A stretch of 63,417 nt of DNA, filler included. It is 5 parts of 5 records of this genome, joined end to end, with 100 filler letters (N's around TTAATTAATTAA, not from the genome) between each part and the next. Parts side by side here need not be neighbours in the genome. Positions count along the whole stretch, not along the records: positions 57,410 to 63,417 come from SRR2962707_545; 4 more parts are not named here. One strand, written 5' to 3'. The first letter of the stretch is position 1. Every line of letters begins with the position of its first letter. Positions 57,659 to 63,417 of the stretch are shown in pieces. Below the pieces are notes generated by a model that ran no database searches, was not told the DNA's origin, and saw nothing but the letters and a program-made list of their open reading frames with translations. Both the position numbers and the translations under genes were made by a program.

Positions 57659-58408
57659 ATGGATATGAAGAAATTGTCGGTTTTAATAGTAGTTCTATTG
57701 ATTAGTCAAATCACTTTATCCCAAGAGGGTGTTTCACATAAAATGTATGATGAGCTCCTTCAACAATATGTCGATGAAAAAGGAATGGTCGACTACAAGG
57801 GATTAAAACAGAATAGAGCTAAACTTAAATCCTATCTAAGCATGCTGGAGGCAAATGCTCCGGCGAATACCTGGACAAGAGATCAAAAACTTGCTTACTG
57901 GATTAACGCTTACAATGCTTTCACCCTTGAATTAATACTGGAGCATTACCCGGTGGGAAGTATTAAGGATATTGGTTCTGCTATTAAAATTCCGTTTGTT
58001 AATACACCCTGGGACATCAAATTTATAAATATTGGTGAGGAGGAGTATGATCTGAATAATATTGAACATGGTATTATCAGAAAGGAATTTGAAGAGCCTA
58101 GAATTCACTTTGCACTGGTATGTGCTGCTGTCTCCTGTCCGAAACTTCAAAATCGAGCTTTTCAGCCAGATAAACTTGACCAACAATTGACAAAGGCTGC
58201 AAAAGAATTTCTTGCTGATCCTACAAAAAATAGCTTCAAAGGCTCCAATCAGGCCACCCTGTCCAAAATCTTTAATTGGTATGGTGGAGATTTCAATAAT
58301 AACGGAACACTGATCGAGTATATCAATCAGTATGCTCCTAAGGAACTCAGCAAGGATGCTAATATCGATTGGAAGGATTATGATTGGGCCTTAAATGAGC
58401 AGAGATAG
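57659..58408 (+). CDS. Secreted DUF547-domain protein
   Basis: Signal peptide; G.VDY, LAYWINAYNA, LNNIEH, PRIHFALVCAAVSCP, SKIFNWY..DF, YDW.LN. Confidence 0.9.
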   Translation: MDMKKLSVLIVVLLISQITLSQEGVSHKMYDELLQQYVDEKGMVDYKGLKQNRAKLKSYLSMLEANAPANTWTRDQKLAYWINAYNAFTLELILEHYPVGSIKDIGSAIKIPFVNTPWDIKFINIGEEEYDLNNIEHGIIRKEFEEPRIHFALVCAAVSCPKLQNRAFQPDKLDQQLTKAAKEFLADPTKNSFKGSNQATLSKIFNWYGGDFNNNGTLIEYINQYAPKELSKDANIDWKDYDWALNEQR

Positions 58409-58455
58409 AGTTTGGAAAGCCTAATAACCTCCGATGCATCAAAATGAAATGCAAC

Positions 58456-58482
58456 AAAAAACCCGATCACTTGATCGGGTTT
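58456..58482 (-). terminator. Intrinsic terminator between convergent DUF547 and ugd
   Basis: AAACCCGATCA-CT-TGATCGGGTTT with an A6 run on the left, giving a U-tract on the minus strand. Confidence 0.75.
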
Positions 58483-58503
58483 CTAATCTAAATGCCTTGA
58501 TTC

Positions 58504-59814
58504 TTATTTGATAATTCTCCGTCCAATACTATGGTATTCAAACCCCAGCTCTTTCATTTGATTGAGGTCATAAAGATTACGTCCGTCAAAAATCACTTTG
58601 TTTTTTAGTGCGTTTTTGATTTTCTCAAACTCCGGAGTACGGAAAATTGGCCACTCGGTCATGATCATTAATGCATCGGCATTTTGTAATGCATCGTACT
58701 GATCATCTGCGAAATAAATATCATTACCGAAAACACCTTTGACATTTTCCATCGCCTCAGGGTCGTAAGCTTTGACTTTTGCCCCAAGGCTAAGAAGTGT
58801 TTTAATGTTTTCTAATGCAGGCGCCTCTCTGATATCATCGGTATATGGCTTAAATGCAAGTCCCCAAACGGCGATTGTTTTTCCGGAAATATCACCACCA
58901 AAATATTTTTGTAGTGGTTCAATTAATTTCTTTTTCTGGTTGGTATTCACCGACATCACTGAATTCAGAATCTTGAAATCATAATCAACCTCTGTGGATG
59001 ACTTTGCCAATGCCTGAACATCTTTTGGAAAGCAGCTTCCCCCATAACCGATTCCGGCAAACAAAAATCTATTTCCAATTCTTGTATCTGTTCCAATCCC
59101 TTTTCTCACTTTATCGACATCAGCGCCCATAAGCTCACAGAGATTCGCAATCTCATTCATGAAAGTAATTTTCGTCGCGAGGAAAGAATTAGCCGCATAT
59201 TTTGTTAGTTCGGCAGATCGCACATCCATGAAAAGGATTGGGTTGCCTTGCCTTACGAATGGAGCGTAGAGTTGCTCCATTAGCTTAATTGATTTCTCAG
59301 ATTCAGCTCCAATCACCACACGATCTGGCTTCATAAAGTCATCTACTGCAACCCCCTCTCTCAAGAATTCAGGATTTGAAACAACTTCAAAATCAACTTT
59401 AGCCCCCTCTTTCACTTTAGCAGTAACCTTCTCAGCAGTGCCAACAGGGACTGTGCTTTTATCAACAATCACCGTAAAATCTTTTAGCATGGGACCTAAA
59501 TCTTCTGCAACCTTGAGGACGTATTGCAGGTCGGCAGATCCGTCTTCACCAGGTGGTGTTGGTAGCGCTAAGAAAATGATTTTTGCGTCTTTAATTCCTT
59601 CCTCAAGATTGGTTGTAAATTCCAATCGTCCTTGTCTGATATTCCTTTCAAAAAGTGCCTCCAAACCAGGTTCATAGATTGTGATTTGCTTATTTCTAAG
59701 CTTCTCAACTTTCTTTTCGTCAATATCAATACAAGTCACGTGATTGCCGGTTTCAGCAAAACATGTTCCCGTCACAAGCCCCACATACCCTGTTCCAACG
59801 ACTGCAATTTTCAT
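58504..59814 (-). CDS. ugd: UDP-glucose 6-dehydrogenase
   Basis: GTGYVGL, KSTVPVGT, SNPEFLREG, GYGGSCFPKD, GLAFKP.TDDIRE, DGRN. Confidence 0.96.
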   Translation of the reverse strand: MKIAVVGTGYVGLVTGTCFAETGNHVTCIDIDEKKVEKLRNKQITIYEPGLEALFERNIRQGRLEFTTNLEEGIKDAKIIFLALPTPPGEDGSADLQYVLKVAEDLGPMLKDFTVIVDKSTVPVGTAEKVTAKVKEGAKVDFEVVSNPEFLREGVAVDDFMKPDRVVIGAESEKSIKLMEQLYAPFVRQGNPILFMDVRSAELTKYAANSFLATKITFMNEIANLCELMGADVDKVRKGIGTDTRIGNRFLFAGIGYGGSCFPKDVQALAKSSTEVDYDFKILNSVMSVNTNQKKKLIEPLQKYFGGDISGKTIAVWGLAFKPYTDDIREAPALENIKTLLSLGAKVKAYDPEAMENVKGVFGNDIYFADDQYDALQNADALMIMTEWPIFRTPEFEKIKNALKNKVIFDGRNLYDLNQMKELGFEYHSIGRRIIK

Positions 59815-59843
59815 GAATACTTAGTTTTAAATCTTTGAGGCCG

Positions 59844-59915
59844 CAAAAGTAAACGTAGTTTCTTTACCAATTCCACAATGCAACTATTTTTAGACAAACA
59901 ACATTAGTAATTTTG
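59844..59915. promoter_or_regulatory. Divergent Bacteroidota -7 promoter elements
   Basis: TACTTTTG (minus, 59844-59851) for ugd and TAATTTTG (plus, 59908-59915) for the acyl-CoA dehydrogenase. Confidence 0.65.
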
Positions 59916-59944
59916 CGTTCTCAATTAAAGCAAACGTTTTAAAT

Positions 59945-61108
59945 ATGTCTAAAGCAACATTGACCCCACCCCAAGAGGTTAGCGAGAATAAAGAAATGAT
60001 CGCACAAATGGTTCGAGATTTTTGTGCAAAAGAAATTGAGCCCAATAAAATGAAATGGGATGAAACCCAGGAGTTTCCTAAAAAGGTTTTTCATAAAATG
60101 GGTGAGCTTGGTCTTTTGGGAGTGTTGGTTCCTCAGGAATATGGTGGTGCGGGATTTGGTTATCATGAATATGTAACAGCCATTATCGAGCTTTCTAAGG
60201 TTGATGGATCAATTGGACTGTCTATGGCTGCTCATAACTCACTCTGTACGGGGCATATTCTACAGCACGGAAGTGAGGAGCAAAAACAAAAGTATTTACC
60301 AAAACTTGCTACCGGAGAATGGATTGGTGCCTGGGGACTAACAGAGCCTAACACGGGATCAGATGCCGGCAATATGAGAACTGTTGCTGAGAAAGATGGG
60401 GATGAGTGGGTGATTAATGGAGCCAAAAATTTCATTACCCATGGAAACTCCGGCGAAGTTGCTGTAGTAATTGCAAGAACTGGAGAACCAGGCAAATCAA
60501 GAAATGCAAGTGCATTTATTGTGGAAAGAACGAACCCTGGGTTTAAACAGGGTAGAAAAGAAGATAAACTTGGCATGCGTGCATCGGAAACTTCAGAAAT
60601 GATTTTTGAAGATTGCAGAATTCCTTCCGAAAACTTGATTGGTGAAGTTGGAGATGGATTCGTTCAGGCATTGAAAGTGCTGGATGGAGGACGAATATCC
60701 ATCGCAGCTTTAGGGTGCGGTATAGCGGAAGGTGCACTTAACGCGGCTATCGCGTACTCTCAGGAGCGGGAGCAATTTGGAAAGTCCATTTCCAATTTCC
60801 AGGGCATTTCTTTTAAGCTTGCTGATATGGCGGTGAAAGTTGAGGCTGCAAAACTTTTGACCTATCAGGCAGCTGAGCTAAAAAACCAAGGCAAAAGTGT
60901 GAATAGAGAATCAGCAATGGCAAAACTATATTCTTCAGAAATTGCGGTGGAAGTTGCAAACGATGGTGTTCAAATTTTTGGGGGTTATGGATACACCAAA
61001 GACTATCCTGCTGAGAAATACTATCGTGATGCAAAACTTTGTACCATAGGAGAGGGAACGTCTGAAATTCAGAAAATAGTTATTTCTCGAACCTTGTTGA
61101 ATCAATAA
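59945..61108 (+). CDS. Acyl-CoA dehydrogenase
   Basis: LTEPNTGSDA, NGAKNFIT, KLGMRAS, GGRISIAA, QIFGGYGY, IGEGTSEIQ. Confidence 0.96.
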   Translation: MSKATLTPPQEVSENKEMIAQMVRDFCAKEIEPNKMKWDETQEFPKKVFHKMGELGLLGVLVPQEYGGAGFGYHEYVTAIIELSKVDGSIGLSMAAHNSLCTGHILQHGSEEQKQKYLPKLATGEWIGAWGLTEPNTGSDAGNMRTVAEKDGDEWVINGAKNFITHGNSGEVAVVIARTGEPGKSRNASAFIVERTNPGFKQGRKEDKLGMRASETSEMIFEDCRIPSENLIGEVGDGFVQALKVLDGGRISIAALGCGIAEGALNAAIAYSQEREQFGKSISNFQGISFKLADMAVKVEAAKLLTYQAAELKNQGKSVNRESAMAKLYSSEIAVEVANDGVQIFGGYGYTKDYPAEKYYRDAKLCTIGEGTSEIQKIVISRTLLNQ

Positions 61109-61131
61109 TTGTAATGGAATAAAATAGCTGC

Positions 61132-61139
61132 TATATTTG
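61132..61139 (+). promoter_or_regulatory. Bacteroidota -7 promoter element (rpsU)
   Basis: TATATTTG followed by CGGCCC, 22 nt before the ATG. Confidence 0.7.
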
Positions 61140-61161
61140 CGGCCCAATTAAAAAATCTGAA

Positions 61162-61356
61162 ATGTTAATAATCAACGTTAAAGAGAACGAGTCGATAGAC
61201 AGAGCACTTAAGAGATTTAAGAAGAAATTCGAGAAAACAGGTGTACTTAGAGAGCTAAGATCAAGAACTCACTTCAAGAAGCCATCAGTAGCCAGAAGAG
61301 AAGAGATCATCAAAGCGAAGTACATTCAGCAAATTAGAGACGAGGAAAATAAATAA
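61162..61356 (+). CDS. rpsU: 30S ribosomal protein bS21
   Basis: VKENESIDRALKRFKKK, FKKPSVARR. Confidence 0.96.
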   Translation: MLIINVKENESIDRALKRFKKKFEKTGVLRELRSRTHFKKPSVARREEIIKAKYIQQIRDEENK

Positions 61357-61430
61357 TCTCTTCTCCTTCTTCTTCACCTAAGATTTTAATAAGTTAGTAT
61401 TCATCCCGAACCTTCGGGATGGTGCTGCTT

Positions 61431-62306
61431 ATGGTGGAGACCTTCCTAAAATATCTTTCCTTCGAAAAACGCTACAGCCAACACACCGTAGAGGCCTATC
61501 GGAAAGATCTACAACAATTTACAGCCTATTTAGCGTCTGATTTTGAAATCAACGACCTATTACAAGTAAAGCATCCACAGATTCGTGGATGGGTAGTGAC
61601 TTTGATGGATGATGGTTTATCTCCAAAATCAGTCAACAGAAAACTAGCCACACTCAAATCCTTTTATAAATTTTTATTAGCGAGGGAGTATTTGGAAGTC
61701 AACCCGACTAACCAAATTAAACCACTTAAAACCCAGAAAGATTTGCCTTCTTTTGTGAAAGAGGAGGAGATAACAAACTTGTTAGACAGGGTGGATTTTT
61801 CAGCTGATTTCTCAGGCCAACGAGATAAGCTTCTCCTTGAGCTTTTATACTCTACAGGTATCCGTTTGGCAGAACTTCAAGGCTTAAAGGAGACGGATGT
61901 TAATGTTTATGAAAAAACTATCCGGGTTCTGGGAAAAAGGAATAAAGAACGCATCATACCTGTTGGAAATTCGTTAATACAGTTGATAGGCAACTATAAA
62001 AACCTAAAAAAAGAAATGGGCATGAACGAGGGAAGATTACTAGTCACCGATGCTGGAGAAAAGTTATATCCTATGTTCATTTATCGTAAGGTAAAGGCAT
62101 ACTTAAGTGCCGTCACTACCCTGAGCAAAAAAAGTCCGCATGTGATGCGGCACACTTTTGCAACTCACTTATTAAACAAAGGGGCAGATTTGAATGCAGT
62201 CAAAGATTTGCTGGGTCATACCAGTTTGGCAGCCACTCAGGTCTATACCCATAATTCGATAGAGAAGCTAAAGGCGGCCTTTGATCAGGCACACCCGAAA
62301 GCTTAA
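61431..62306 (+). CDS. xerC: Tyrosine recombinase XerC-like
   Basis: YSTGIRLAEL, GKRNKER, SPHVMRHTFATHLL..GADL, LLGH.SL..TQVY; rpsU-xerC-hpf order; start 61431 or 61419. Confidence 0.88.
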   Translation: MVETFLKYLSFEKRYSQHTVEAYRKDLQQFTAYLASDFEINDLLQVKHPQIRGWVVTLMDDGLSPKSVNRKLATLKSFYKFLLAREYLEVNPTNQIKPLKTQKDLPSFVKEEEITNLLDRVDFSADFSGQRDKLLLELLYSTGIRLAELQGLKETDVNVYEKTIRVLGKRNKERIIPVGNSLIQLIGNYKNLKKEMGMNEGRLLVTDAGEKLYPMFIYRKVKAYLSAVTTLSKKSPHVMRHTFATHLLNKGADLNAVKDLLGHTSLAATQVYTHNSIEKLKAAFDQAHPKA

Positions 62307-62333
62307 ATGTATAACCTTTTAAACGTGACAGAC

Positions 62334-62633
62334 ATGAAGTTACAGATGCATTCCATTCACTTCGACGCAGACGTTAAGCTGCTCGATTTTATTCAGAAGA
62401 GAGTTGATAAGTTGGAGACTTTCTATGATCGAATCATCGATGGTGAGGTCTTTCTCCGAGTGGAGAAAGATGACTCTAATGAAAATAAAATAGTAGAGAT
62501 AAAACTGAATGGGCCTAAAAACCAATTCTTTTCAAAAGAAAAGGCACGTTCCTTTGAAGCAGGGACGGATGCAGCTGTAGAGGCACTCAGGAGGCAGCTG
62601 AAGAAACACAAAGAAAAAGTGATGGCACATTAA
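62334..62633 (+). CDS. hpf: Ribosome hibernation promoting factor (HPF/RaiA)
   Basis: SIHFDAD.KL..FI..RV.KL, SFEAGTD..VEALRRQLKKHK. Confidence 0.9.
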   Translation: MKLQMHSIHFDADVKLLDFIQKRVDKLETFYDRIIDGEVFLRVEKDDSNENKIVEIKLNGPKNQFFSKEKARSFEAGTDAAVEALRRQLKKHKEKVMAH

Positions 62634-62654
62634 GCCAACCTGAGTCATTAAGAT

Positions 62655-62695
62655 AAAAAAACCCCATCTGCTTTTGCGGATGGGGCTTATTTTTT
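62655..62695. terminator. Bidirectional intrinsic terminator
   Basis: A7-CCCCATCTGC-TTTT-GCGGATGGGG-CTTATTTTTT between convergent genes. Confidence 0.8.
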
Positions 62696-62708
62696 ACCGT
62701 TGGTAAAA

Positions 62709-63344
62709 TTAGCTTTTCCATTTAATGGTACATCCAATCGCTCTCTTCTCAGTCACAGTTGGTTTATTCCCGGCTTTGATCGCATTAATTGCATCTTCTA
62801 CGTAAGTCTCAGAAACGTCAGAAGGATCATTTGGGCTATCGTCGATCGCACCAATAAATTCTACCTTGTATTTTCCGTTTGACTCTTTATTTAAGACGTA
62901 AACGTGCGGGGTTTTCGATGCTCCAAAAGCTTTAGTCACTTCCTGGCTGTCATCTCTAAGGTAAGGAAATGAATAGCCTTTGTCGTTGGCTCGCTTTTTC
63001 ATTTCTTCCATAGAATCTCCAGGTTGTTGCTTTACATCATTCGGATTGATTGCAATCACTGGAAATCCCTGACTTGCATATTTTTTATCAAGGTCAATAA
63101 TTCTTGACTCATAAGCCTTGGCATATGGACAAGTGTTGCATGTAAATACCACAATGAATCCTTTCGCATTATTGTAGTCTGCCATTGACACCATCTTTCC
63201 ATCCACATTCGGAAGTTTGAAGTCTTGAGCATAATCGCCTACTTCATAGCCTGCCACCGGCTCAGAGGCATTAATAAATAATACAGCTACTACGGCCATT
63301 ACACCTACAATAAGAATAAATGTTCGTTTCATGGTTCTGGACAT
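62709..63344 (-). CDS. Exported thioredoxin-fold (AhpC/TSA-like) protein
   Basis: Signal anchor, DFKLPNVDG, FTCNTCPY (CxxC), FPYL.D, TPH, GAIDD, AIGCTIKW. Confidence 0.9.
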   Translation of the reverse strand: MSRTMKRTFILIVGVMAVVAVLFINASEPVAGYEVGDYAQDFKLPNVDGKMVSMADYNNAKGFIVVFTCNTCPYAKAYESRIIDLDKKYASQGFPVIAINPNDVKQQPGDSMEEMKKRANDKGYSFPYLRDDSQEVTKAFGASKTPHVYVLNKESNGKYKVEFIGAIDDSPNDPSDVSETYVEDAINAIKAGNKPTVTEKRAIGCTIKWKS

Positions 63345-63347
63345 TTG

Positions 63348-63417
63348 TTAGTTCAAATATTTTTGTACGGTTTTCTCTAATTCTTCTTTAGTAAACGCTT
63401 TTTCATGGAAATACGTT
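63348..63417 (-). CDS. C-terminal fragment of an upstream gene (possibly TlpA-like redoxin)
   Basis: Translates TYFHEKAFTKEELEKTVQKYLN*; stop 3 nt before the next ATG; identity is a guess from context. Confidence 0.45.
   Translation of the reverse strand, partial: TYFHEKAFTKEELEKTVQKYLN

Noticed and set aside
61431-62306. Mobile-element integrase
   Set aside because: Short XerC-type recombinase in the usual Bacteroidota rpsU-xerC-hpf housekeeping context

Overview
This window is not one contiguous locus. It is five contigs joined by identical artificial 100-bp spacers (N44-TTAATTAATTAA-N44) at 21598-21697, 36736-36835, 45710-45809 and 57310-57409. Contig 1 (1-21597, high-GC alphaproteobacterium) carries pirin, a FecR-domain protein, a divergent pair of TPR-enzyme fusions, yjbQ/mmcB, a GntR + PhyH-dioxygenase + SAF-oxidoreductase unit, and most of a cobalamin cluster (cobH, cobL, cobI, cbiG-cobJ, cobM, cobK, cbiD, cobB) with interleaved accessory genes (RcnB-like, SCO, Fe-S). 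Contig 2 (21698-36735, alphaproteobacterial) has rpmA/rplU, a Tat MBL hydrolase and tRNA-Ser(CGA). These are followed by the left end of an integrated island: an IHF site, arm-type repeats, a tyrosine integrase and a LacI-controlled sugar catabolic cluster (ROK kinase, GmhA-like isomerase, GH38, DHDPS-family aldolase, ABC transporter, sulfatase). Contig 3 (36836-45709) has groES with CIRCE and an RpoH-type promoter, a GT2-GtrA plus GT-C glycosylation pair, a frameshifted DUF1905 gene, a pseudo-receiver sigma54 activator divergent from a degenerate EAL protein, and HAD-methyltransferase-ribF. Contig 4 (45810-57309) is the rpsB-tsf-pyrH-frr-uppS-cdsA-rseP-bamA-lpxD-fabZ-lpxA-lpxB core cluster. 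Contig 5 (57410-63417) is low-GC Bacteroidota DNA (glyQS, DUF547, ugd, acyl-CoA dehydrogenase, rpsU-xerC-hpf, thioredoxin-like). The best novelty candidate is the island cluster, whose enzyme set would fit a heptose(/Kdo)-glycan scavenging pathway; this is inference. All family calls are from motif recognition by eye; no database searches were run.
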